DNA of 60,721 nucleotides from an uncultured Pseudomonadales bacterium. GTDB lineage: Bacteria; Patescibacteriota; Microgenomatia; UBA1400; CAYNFZ01. The DNA lies in assembly GCA_964392715.1 (NCBI GenBank), contig CAYMQI010000001.1, forward strand, positions 1-60,721, in the 5' to 3' direction. The notes beneath the pieces are model-generated. The model worked only from the letters and a program-made list of their open reading frames with translations, had not been told where the DNA came from and did no database searches. Positions 28,821 through 37,157 of this stretch are shown in pieces. The position numbers and the translations under genes are program-made. Position 1 is the stretch's first letter, and each line of letters opens with the position of its first letter.

Positions 28821-30102
28821 TTTTTATCTCAAAGGGTTTGTCTCCATAATACCCGATAAACGGCGGGCAAATTCGCGCCTCCTCCTCCCAGACTTCAAAC
28901 GTCAACACCTTGTCACTCTCTTTCACTCGCTCCCCAAACTCCACACACTTTTCGTGCGGTCTAATCGCCGCTAAATCAACATAGAACTTATTTGTCACCA
29001 CTACTGTAATTATCGCCAGCAACGACAAGCCAGCCACGACAGATCCTTCTCCTCGCTTGTCAAACCGGTTCGCCAGCCCTGCAACCGCCAGCACCGCAAA
29101 CGGGATTAGATGATAAAGCATATAGTCGTGATACCAGGCTATATTGCGAAATACTAGGATATGGCTCACCCCCGTGGATAACGCCACCAGCAGCATTTTA
29201 CTTTCCTTCCCCGAGCCCTTTACTACTGTTAAGCCAAGCCCCAAGGCCGCCGCTATCAGAACCGGCAAACCGAAAAAAGCTTTGCTTCTCGAGACCAGTA
29301 GCCCTAACCATCCACTCGGCGTATAAGGTTGCGCCGCCACCCCCAACCTTACACTAACCACGCTCAAGAAATCGCGCAGTAAGTGCCCCGTCACCAACCA
29401 CTGATGCCCCAAAATTATCACCCCCGCCCCCACCATCGCCGCCACTATGCCCAACACCACCTCTTTTCTTTTTTTTGTCAGCGCTTCTGCCGCCAGAATC
29501 CAGGCCCCCACCCAAAACCCGGGCCAATCAATCAGTAACAATACAAATATACTCCCCATCAACCACCATCGATATTTCCCGTCATAATCAATTTTTACAT
29601 AAGCCCACAATGCCAAACTGGTAAACGTGAGCAGCAGCGGCTCAAACACCGGCAGCCGCCCGTAATACAAAAACAACGGCGTCACTGATACCGGCAATAC
29701 GGCTAGTGTTTTACCCCTTCCAAACACTTCACAGGAGAGGAGCATCAACACCCCCACCCCCAGCATCGAAAAGATCACCGATACCACCCGGGCTGCGGCT
29801 TCACTCTCGCCCACCACAGAAAACACCCCTGCCAATAGTAGAGGATAAGTCGCCGGATGATGGGTATGCAACGACCAAGATGTTTTATCCGCCCTCCACA
29901 AATTCGTCACTTGTGCTCCCTTAGTCTCGAACAAACCATACCGCAAGTAATTTCTGGCAATCTGACCGTAAAACACTCCGTTAAACTCATGATGTCCGCT
30001 AAAAGGCTCGCCCATCCTGGGTATCAACAGGCCAAACACCCCCACCATCACCACTGCCATTTTTATCAACCGCCACCAACCACTACCTTTTTTCTTGTTC
30101 AT
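28813..30102 (-). CDS. Polytopic membrane glycosyltransferase, GT-C fold (ArnT/PMT-like)
   Basis: HHEFNGVFYGQIARNYLRYG loop motif and more than 10 hydrophobic segments. I preferred the start at ATG 30102 (MNKKKGSGWW...) over 30189, which would overlap the upstream gene by 107 nt. Confidence 0.65.
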   Translation of the reverse strand: MNKKKGSGWWRLIKMAVVMVGVFGLLIPRMGEPFSGHHEFNGVFYGQIARNYLRYGLFETKGAQVTNLWRADKTSWSLHTHHPATYPLLLAGVFSVVGESEAAARVVSVIFSMLGVGVLMLLSCEVFGRGKTLAVLPVSVTPLFLYYGRLPVFEPLLLTFTSLALWAYVKIDYDGKYRWWLMGSIFVLLLIDWPGFWVGAWILAAEALTKKRKEVVLGIVAAMVGAGVIILGHQWLVTGHLLRDFLSVVSVRLGVAAQPYTPSGWLGLLVSRSKAFFGLPVLIAAALGLGLTVVKGSGKESKMLLVALSTGVSHILVFRNIAWYHDYMLYHLIPFAVLAVAGLANRFDKRGEGSVVAGLSLLAIITVVVTNKFYVDLAAIRPHEKCVEFGERVKESDKVLTFEVWEEEARICPPFIGYYGDKPFEIKTK

Positions 30103-31048
30103 ACCATGCCACCAATTGCCTGATTCCCCTCTCCAAATCCGTTTTTGCCCTCCACCGCAACAGCCTCTGGGCCTTGTTGGTATCGGCATAGGTCATCTGC
30201 ACGTCACCAGGTTTTTCCGCCTCCCTTTCAATCACCGCCCGCTTCCCCATTGCTTTTTCAATCGTTTCGATCAGGTCTGAGAGCCGCGTCGGCTTGCTGC
30301 CTCCCAAATTGATAATCTCGTAAACCATAGGGTTATCAACTGCGGCCACCACCCCATCGGCAATGTCTTCGATGTAGGTATAATCTCTACCGCTGCTGCC
30401 ATCGCCAAATACGGTTATCGGTTTATCATGTGATATTGCCTCCACAAACAAATAGCAGGCCATATCCGGCCTATTTCTTGGTCCATAAGCCGTAAAAAAC
30501 CGTAACCCCGTCGTCTTGATGCCGTACAAATGAGCATAAGTGGCACACAACACTTCTTTAGCTTTCTTACTGGCGCCATAGGGCGAAATCTGCCGGTCGG
30601 TATTATCCGTTTCTTTAAATGGCCCGCTCTCTCGTATCCCATAAACGCTCGAAGAGCTGGCAAACACCAATTGGTTTACCCGGCACTTCCTCATCCCTTC
30701 GAGCAAATTCAGCGTCCCCATCACGTTCACGCTCCAGTAAAGTTCCGGCTCCACCAGTGACGGCCTAATGCCTGCCCGGGCCGCCATATGAACCACCGCC
30801 TCCACCTTTTCTTTTGCCAAGATCTTCCATAACTTTATATCGCGTATATCAAGCTTAATTACCCTAAAGTTGACCTTACCTTCGTGCCCCCCCACATTCG
30901 CCCATTTAATCTTCGGATCATAATAATCGTTAAAATCATCCACTACGATTACCCGATCCCCCCGGGCCACCAATCGGTCTACCACATGCGACCCAATCGA
31001 CCCCGCCCCCCCCGTCACCAGCACCGTTTTCCTTTTCATGGCAGCCAT
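30083..31048 (-). CDS. UDP-glucuronate 4-epimerase-like SDR
   Basis: Motifs: VLVTGGAGSIGSH, DDFNDYYDP, ASSSSVYG, YGASKKAKE, LRFFTAYGPRNRPDMA (hallmark of the UDP-GlcA 4-epimerase group). Confidence 0.75.
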   Translation of the reverse strand: MAAMKRKTVLVTGGAGSIGSHVVDRLVARGDRVIVVDDFNDYYDPKIKWANVGGHEGKVNFRVIKLDIRDIKLWKILAKEKVEAVVHMAARAGIRPSLVEPELYWSVNVMGTLNLLEGMRKCRVNQLVFASSSSVYGIRESGPFKETDNTDRQISPYGASKKAKEVLCATYAHLYGIKTTGLRFFTAYGPRNRPDMACYLFVEAISHDKPITVFGDGSSGRDYTYIEDIADGVVAAVDNPMVYEIINLGGSKPTRLSDLIETIEKAMGKRAVIEREAEKPGDVQMTYADTNKAQRLLRWRAKTDLERGIRQLVAWYEQEKR

Positions 31049-31089
31049 TATATACTAACCAAAGCACACCCCTTACTATGACCAATACC

Positions 31090-31131
31090 CTAGGCACTAG
31101 AGCCTAGACTACTAACTACTCTACCCCATCT
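31090..31131 (+). repeat. Six 7-nt periodic units abutting the start codon
   Basis: ctaggca ctagagc ctagact actaact actctac cccatct, then the ATG at 31132. Confidence 0.65.
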
Positions 31132-32022
31132 ATGTCTACATCTCGAAAATCTGGATTTACCCTTTCCAAAGAAGACTTCGGCATCGTCGTCTTCCCCTTT
31201 CTCCTCACCGCCGCCCTCATCGTCCTCGGCTACCAAATCCTGGTCAGACAAACCCCAGAGGCGCGCCTTAGCCTTCCACCTGCCGACAACACCGTCGAGA
31301 TCATTAGGTCTGGAGAATTTTCTCCGGTCTCCCCGCCTACCACCACTCCCCAAACCGTCCAGTTTGTCATCGGGAGCCTCCCCCAAAACAGCTCCCAGCT
31401 TACCAATCTTATTGACCGGGCCAAAACCACCGGGGCCAATGCCGTTTATCTGTCTCTGCCCCTCACCATGGGCTCAGACCATAGCCTCAAAGTTGACTAC
31501 ATCGACAAAAGCTCCCAGGATAACGTGGAAAAGTGGCTCAAACGCACCACCATTGCCCTTCACCAACAGGGTTTCCATACCCTTCTAGCCTTGACCATCA
31601 ACGCCAGTACCACCATCTCCGACTATGCTGCTTTCGAGAAAAACTACTTGGCCCTGATGAAAAGCAATTGGATCGATATCGCCGCCGCCTACCACGTTTC
31701 CTTCCTTTTCCCCGGTATTACCGTGGGCCATCCGCTTTATTCGCAGTTGACCCCGCCGCAAATGAGCCAGCTCGTCATTCGCACCAACCAGGCTCTAAGG
31801 CAAACTTATCAGGCCCAGATCGGCATCGGCCTTTGCTGCCAGACCGATCCGCCTACCAACTACCTCTTTGGTTACAACTTCGCCCTGGTGATCGGCAATC
31901 AAGACGTCGCCACCAGTGTCCTTTCACCCATTGCAGAGAGTCTCAAACCCAAGCACCGCTTCTCCCACGTCTTCTACTACTTAAGGGATTCCATGACCGC
32001 CACTTCCTCCATTCCCCAATAA
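31132..32022 (+). CDS. Hypothetical membrane-anchored extracytoplasmic protein
   Basis: One N-terminal hydrophobic helix (FGIVVFPFLLTAALIVLGYQILV), a P/T-rich linker, then a roughly 200-aa domain with no motif I recognise. Confidence 0.5.
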   Translation: MSTSRKSGFTLSKEDFGIVVFPFLLTAALIVLGYQILVRQTPEARLSLPPADNTVEIIRSGEFSPVSPPTTTPQTVQFVIGSLPQNSSQLTNLIDRAKTTGANAVYLSLPLTMGSDHSLKVDYIDKSSQDNVEKWLKRTTIALHQQGFHTLLALTINASTTISDYAAFEKNYLALMKSNWIDIAAAYHVSFLFPGITVGHPLYSQLTPPQMSQLVIRTNQALRQTYQAQIGIGLCCQTDPPTNYLFGYNFALVIGNQDVATSVLSPIAESLKPKHRFSHVFYYLRDSMTATSSIPQ

Positions 32023-32031
32023 CTTTCGCCT

Positions 32032-32979
32032 TTAGCCCAACGATTTGAAGTATTCGATGGTGTTAGCTAACCCCTCCTCCAACCCCACTTTCGGTTCCCA
32101 GCCGGTCGCTTCCCGGACTTTGTCAATCACCGGCCGTCTTCTGGTGGGATCGTCCTCCGGCAAATCGCCATAGGTAATTTGCGAATCAGAACCCGTGGCC
32201 TTCTTAATTAGCTTAGCCATCGCCAGCACGGTGTACTCATCGGGGTTACCGAGGTTATAAGCCTCACCAGCCGTTTTTTCCGACTCCATCACCAGCTCTA
32301 TCCCTTCCACCAGATCATCAACATAGCAATAACTTCGCGTTTGCGATCCGTCACCATACACCGTAATCGGCTCGCCCTTGAGTGCCTGGGTCATAAAATT
32401 GGGAATAATCCGCCCGTCTTTGGGATCCATCCGCGGCCCATACGTGTTAAAGATCCTGACCGTTCTGATGTCTAAACCATTTTGTCGCCGCCACACCGTC
32501 TGCACCATTTCCCCAAACCGTTTAGAGACGTCGTAACACGCCCGTACTCCCCGGATATGCACGTTCCCCCAATAACTCTCTTTTTGTGGGTGCTCCAACG
32601 GCTCCCCGTACACTTCCGAAGTCGAAGCAAACAGCATTCTCGCCCCGATCTTACTGGCATATTCGCACAAGTGATGGGTCCCAAACGAGTTGACCATATA
32701 GGTAGGTATCGGATTATCCATATATCCCCTCGGGCTGGCTGGACTGGCCAGGTGGTAGATCCGCTCAAACTCCACTTCTGCCGGTAAGTACTCACCCGCC
32801 GGCCGCGCTACATCCGCCTCAATCAGGTGGAACAGGTCATTTCCCTGCAGGTCCGCCAAATTCTCATGGTTTCCTGTTATAAAATTATCCACACCCCACA
32901 CCTCATGGTTCTCGCCCGCCAGCCGCTCACACAAATGTGAGCCAATAAACCCCGCCCCACCAGTTACCAAAATTTTCAT
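32032..32979 (-). CDS. uxs: UDP-glucuronate decarboxylase (UDP-xylose synthase, UXS; ArnA C-domain-like)
   Basis: Motifs: MKILVTGGAGFIGSH, YHLASPASP, STSEVYG, ACYDVSKR, RIFNTYGPRM, DGRIIPNF, VYGDGSQTRSYCYV. ATG at 32979 is preceded by AAAGGT. Confidence 0.85.
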   Translation of the reverse strand: MKILVTGGAGFIGSHLCERLAGENHEVWGVDNFITGNHENLADLQGNDLFHLIEADVARPAGEYLPAEVEFERIYHLASPASPRGYMDNPIPTYMVNSFGTHHLCEYASKIGARMLFASTSEVYGEPLEHPQKESYWGNVHIRGVRACYDVSKRFGEMVQTVWRRQNGLDIRTVRIFNTYGPRMDPKDGRIIPNFMTQALKGEPITVYGDGSQTRSYCYVDDLVEGIELVMESEKTAGEAYNLGNPDEYTVLAMAKLIKKATGSDSQITYGDLPEDDPTRRRPVIDKVREATGWEPKVGLEEGLANTIEYFKSLG

Positions 32980-33039
32980 AATTTTACCTTTGTCGTGATT
33001 ACTTCCTCGCCACCGATTATCTGTTATTTTTTGCTTTTT

Positions 33040-33063
33040 GACAATGAGGCAATGGGACAATGA
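33040..33063 (+). repeat. Three 8-nt units GRCAATGR
   Basis: gacaatga ggcaatgg gacaatga, overlapping a TTGACA hexamer at 33038-33043. Lies in the divergent region between uxs and the GT-C gene at 33093. Confidence 0.6.
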
Positions 33064-33092
33064 AACCAGCAATTTTGTTGTAAGATAAACCC

Positions 33093-34634
33093 ATGAAGAC
33101 TCTTCGAAACAGTTTCCTGATTACCCTTCTTGTGGCCGTTTTTCTTAAGGGAATTGTTTTTTCCATTATCGTCCCCCTGTGGGAATTCCCCGACGAACAG
33201 GCCCATTTTGGGCAGGTCCAAAACACGGTCGAGACCGGCCAGCTGTTCAAAAAAGGCAACAACTTATCCGAAGAAATTTATCTTTCCGAACTCGTCCTAG
33301 ACACGCTTCGCGACAATCGGGGGATCAATAAATTCACTTACCACCCCGACTTTAAGCATACTTTCAGCACCAGTCTAATCGGTCCTCAGGAAGAAGCCCT
33401 CGCCTCCCTCTCAGTCCTCTCCCGCACCAACTTTATCAAAACCGAAGCTACCAACTACCCGCCCCTTTTCTATCTCCTCTCCGCCGCCGGCTACATCCTC
33501 ACCTCCCCCACCAACCTGTTTGTCCGCGTCTTTGCGACCCGTATGGTATCTGTCTTGCTCTCCGGTGCCTTCGTCTGTCTTGGTTGGAAATTAGCCAACT
33601 TAGTCTTCCCCAAACAAAAAGCTCTCGCTCTGGCTCTAGCTCTATCCCTCGCCTTCCACCCCATGCTCTCGTTCGTTTCCGCCGGTATCAACAATGATAA
33701 TCTCCTAAACTTACTAGGCCTGTTTGTCGTTTATCTTGCCGCTTCTTGGATCACCAAGGGCCCCAGTGTCAAAATAAGCCTCTTACTGCTTCTTTCTTCC
33801 GTCCTTGGTCTGCTCACCAAACCCCTGATCATCCCCGTCCTTTTTGGCTTTGGCTTGGTTTATCTCCACGAGTGGTTTGTCACCCGCAGACACTTTAAAC
33901 GCCAACTTCGCCTTTCCTGGCCTCTTGTGGCCATAACTGCCTTAGCCATCGCCTACTTGCTCTTCACCTTTGCCGGGACCGGCCGCATCCGTTACTGGCC
34001 CAGCACCAACGCCGCCTCCACCACGACCCTATTCGACTATCTCCAGGCCCAACTACCCCGCTACTACCGCGAGACTCTGGTTTGGTACTGGGGGGTCTTT
34101 AAGTGGCTTGGAGTAATTTTGCCCCTCAATCTAGTGCGCATTATCAAAGTTATCATGGCTATATCGGCCTTTGGCCTCGTCAGGTTGTTTTTGACCAATA
34201 AGCCAATTGTTCCCAAGTCGCTGGTTGCCGCCTTTATCATTATTACCCTCTCTTACATTGCCCTGCTCACCCTCTGGGATTTTTCCCTGGTCCGTAGCCT
34301 CGGTTTCTCCCACGGCCTCCAGGGTCGCTACTTCTTCCCTGTCATTGGCGCGCACTTGGCGCTCTTGGTCACAGGCTTCTCTTCCGCTTTCCCCAAACGC
34401 TTTTTAATCCGCGCCGCCCAGTTCTTAGGCGTTTTCATGATTTTTTCACACTTGGTTTCTCTCTACACTCTAGCCCACTCTTATTACTCGCTTACCAACC
34501 TGAACATTTTTCTTATTCAGGTTAGCCAATACAAGCCTTTCTTTTTGAAATCCCCCCTTGCCCTTGTTATAATCCTCACTTATCTGCTAACCTTAGCCGT
34601 CCTTATCAAACAATCTCTCAAACCCAAGAACTAG
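33093..34634 (+). CDS. Polytopic membrane glycosyltransferase, GT-C-like (DUF2142-type)
   Basis: PLWEFPDEQAHFGQV motif after TM1 and more than 10 hydrophobic segments. Confidence 0.6.
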   Translation: MKTLRNSFLITLLVAVFLKGIVFSIIVPLWEFPDEQAHFGQVQNTVETGQLFKKGNNLSEEIYLSELVLDTLRDNRGINKFTYHPDFKHTFSTSLIGPQEEALASLSVLSRTNFIKTEATNYPPLFYLLSAAGYILTSPTNLFVRVFATRMVSVLLSGAFVCLGWKLANLVFPKQKALALALALSLAFHPMLSFVSAGINNDNLLNLLGLFVVYLAASWITKGPSVKISLLLLLSSVLGLLTKPLIIPVLFGFGLVYLHEWFVTRRHFKRQLRLSWPLVAITALAIAYLLFTFAGTGRIRYWPSTNAASTTTLFDYLQAQLPRYYRETLVWYWGVFKWLGVILPLNLVRIIKVIMAISAFGLVRLFLTNKPIVPKSLVAAFIIITLSYIALLTLWDFSLVRSLGFSHGLQGRYFFPVIGAHLALLVTGFSSAFPKRFLIRAAQFLGVFMIFSHLVSLYTLAHSYYSLTNLNIFLIQVSQYKPFFLKSPLALVIILTYLLTLAVLIKQSLKPKN

Positions 34635-34666
34635 CCCTCGCCCCCCGTCTGCCGCTTTTTTGATTC

Positions 34667-34708
34667 GTCATTTCATTACTTCTTACTCATTACTTTCTAT
34701 TCCTTAAT
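34667..34708 (+). repeat. Six 7-nt periodic units (CATTACT family) abutting the start codon
   Basis: gtcattt cattact tcttact cattact ttctatt ccttaat, then the ATG at 34709. Confidence 0.7.
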
Positions 34709-35440
34709 ATGATCATCGGCATTCTTGGCCTCGGGGAAGTCGGCTCAGCCATCAAAAAACTCACTAGCCCAAAACACACCGTTTATGTCAGGGAGCTCTC
34801 CTTCGATGAAATCGGCACCAACAAGCTGGATGTCCTCCACATCTGTATCCCGTTCACCCAGACTTTCGTTTCCGCCGTCACCAAACTTATCCGGCAGAAC
34901 AAACCAAAACTGACCATCATCGACGCCACCGTCAAACCTGGCACCACTCAAGCTCTCCACCAGAAAACCGGCGCCAACATCGTCCACGCACCGATAGATG
35001 GCGTCCACCCTCACCTCTACGACTACCTTTTTAAGTTCAAAAAACCCATTGGCGCCGTCAATTTACAAAGTTACCAGCTCGCCAAAAAGCACTTCGAGGA
35101 TTTGGATGTTGCCACCATCCGCTTCGACTCGCCCTTAGAGACCGAGCTGGCCAAAGTCCTCTCCACTACTTACTATGGCTGGAATATCATTTTCGAAAAA
35201 TATGTCCACAATCTTTGTCAGCATCAAAGCGCCAACTTCGACCAGGTGTATACCAAATATAATCAAATCTACAACCAAGGCTACCAACAAACCCACCCCC
35301 ATACTATCCGCCCCGTGCTAAAACATGTCGATGGGAAAATTGGCGGCCACTGCGTCATTCCCAATGCCGAAATTATGGACGACTGGCAGGGCGACGCCTT
35401 CACCAAATTTCTCCTCGATCAAAACAAAAAGCTCAAGTAA
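34709..35440 (+). CDS. Short UDP-sugar 6-dehydrogenase family protein (Ugd/WecC-like, lacking the C-terminal domain)
   Basis: MIIGILGLGEVGSAI Rossmann N-terminus, the central-domain-like stretch ELAKVLSTTYYGWNIIFEKYVHNLC, and the catalytic-Cys-like motif KIGGHCVIPN. Only 243 aa. Confidence 0.5.
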   Translation: MIIGILGLGEVGSAIKKLTSPKHTVYVRELSFDEIGTNKLDVLHICIPFTQTFVSAVTKLIRQNKPKLTIIDATVKPGTTQALHQKTGANIVHAPIDGVHPHLYDYLFKFKKPIGAVNLQSYQLAKKHFEDLDVATIRFDSPLETELAKVLSTTYYGWNIIFEKYVHNLCQHQSANFDQVYTKYNQIYNQGYQQTHPHTIRPVLKHVDGKIGGHCVIPNAEIMDDWQGDAFTKFLLDQNKKLK

Positions 35441-35645
35441 CTTCATCCTGTTTCAACCATCATTCTCAAATTCGCAAGAATTTAAGAATAGTTAATACAC
35501 TCTGCTATCTTTCCATCAGTAAAAAAAACAGCCGATTCTTCAAAAATACTCCCCAATACTTTCCTCAACTTCCGCAAAAAAATCTGATCGACTTAATTTA
35601 TCATAGTTCCGTGCATTTTGTGCCCGACTAGGATTAAATACGCTT

Positions 35646-37157
35646 ATGCCGCATCGCACTTCTTCCCATAAACTAAGATTGAAGTCTCTAGCCACTTCGC
35701 TCCTTCAAAAAGACAAAGTGGTAATCTATGGAATTATTCTCTTGGCCATTTTCACCCGCTTCTGGCGCTTGTCAGAACTCTTACATTGGACCCTGGACGA
35801 AGAATACTGGGCCTACGTCGTCCGCAATATCGCCACAGGCTACCACTTACCCTTAATTGGCGGCCCGGCCGCCGGCACCGGTCTCTACTTGGGTCCTCTC
35901 TATGTCTGGCTCGTCGGCCTTTATGGCGCCATCTTTGGCACCCATCCCGTTACTCTGGGCATCTTTGCCTCTACCCTTGGAGTCCTCACCACTGTCGCCA
36001 TCGTTAAGTTATTTCCAAAGCTTCTGGGCCGCCATGGAGCCTACCTGACTGCCTTTCTTTACACCTTCTCCGTTTTTGCTCAACTTTATGACCGCAAGTT
36101 CTGGAACGCCACTCCTTTGCCATTACTTTCCGTCCTCACCCTTTATCTAACCCATCAGGTCATCAACCAAAAACAAGCCAAGCCTTGGCTCTTACCGGCC
36201 CTGGCCTTGGTCATCTCCCTTGCCTTTCACGCCCACTTAAGCGGCGCAGTCCTCACCCTTTTCGTTTTCACAGCTTTCACGATCCACCATATACCCAAAA
36301 AATACTTTACTCAACTGGCCATATTTTTTGCCCTCCTACAAACTCCGCTCGTCATCTTTGACCTCAGACACAACTTCACCAATCTCCATGCTTTGGGTAA
36401 GTTTGTGACCGCTCAATCGAGCCAACACATCAACCTAATTAGTAGGGGAGTGGAAGCCGTCCAGATTACTTTGACCACCTATGCCCGCGCCCTCTACACT
36501 CCGGTCACCGACATCGCCCGTGAGCTTACTTTGTGCACTGATTACGCCAATAGCCGCGTCCTGCCCCCCATAATCTACACGCTCGTCGCCTGCCTGATTC
36601 TGCTCTTCGCCCTCAAGCAGCTCCGGGCCAAGAATTTATTTTCCCTGCTCCTGTTGGTCAACCTCGTCGGCTTTTTTCTCTTTCGCCTTTTGGCCGCCGA
36701 CTCCACCCTCTATCCGGGCCAACTCTCCGAATACTACCTGCTCTCCTCACTCGTGCCTTTTTTTATCTTCGGGGCGCAACTTATCATCAGGTTACACAAA
36801 CACGCCCCACTGGCCTCGTTCTCAGTGCTGATTTTTTTTGCCGCCATCAACCTGAACCGCACTTCCGAGCTTATCCACACTCACGGTTTTATTACCAAAG
36901 ATCAAACTGTCACCTCCGCCATCAGCAAGCTTGACGGCCATGCTTTTGGTTTGCGTGTCACCGGCGATCCTTGCCAAATTTACGGCTACCGCTACCTGTT
37001 TACCGTCTACGGCCGGGAACCCGCTAGTAGTTACTTAGACGCTAACTTCGCCTGGCTTTACCAGACAGCCCCTTCACCAATTCCACCTCAAAAAAGTCTG
37101 GTTATAGACGCCGACTCTGCTACAATTGAGCTTAGCGATGTTTCAACATCTCCTTAA
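35646..37157 (+). CDS. Polytopic membrane glycosyltransferase, GT-C fold (ArnT/PMT-like)
   Basis: FWRLSELLHWTLDEEYWAYVVRNI acidic loop motif and more than 10 hydrophobic segments. Confidence 0.65.
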   Translation: MPHRTSSHKLRLKSLATSLLQKDKVVIYGIILLAIFTRFWRLSELLHWTLDEEYWAYVVRNIATGYHLPLIGGPAAGTGLYLGPLYVWLVGLYGAIFGTHPVTLGIFASTLGVLTTVAIVKLFPKLLGRHGAYLTAFLYTFSVFAQLYDRKFWNATPLPLLSVLTLYLTHQVINQKQAKPWLLPALALVISLAFHAHLSGAVLTLFVFTAFTIHHIPKKYFTQLAIFFALLQTPLVIFDLRHNFTNLHALGKFVTAQSSQHINLISRGVEAVQITLTTYARALYTPVTDIARELTLCTDYANSRVLPPIIYTLVACLILLFALKQLRAKNLFSLLLLVNLVGFFLFRLLAADSTLYPGQLSEYYLLSSLVPFFIFGAQLIIRLHKHAPLASFSVLIFFAAINLNRTSELIHTHGFITKDQTVTSAISKLDGHAFGLRVTGDPCQIYGYRYLFTVYGREPASSYLDANFAWLYQTAPSPIPPQKSLVIDADSATIELSDVSTSP

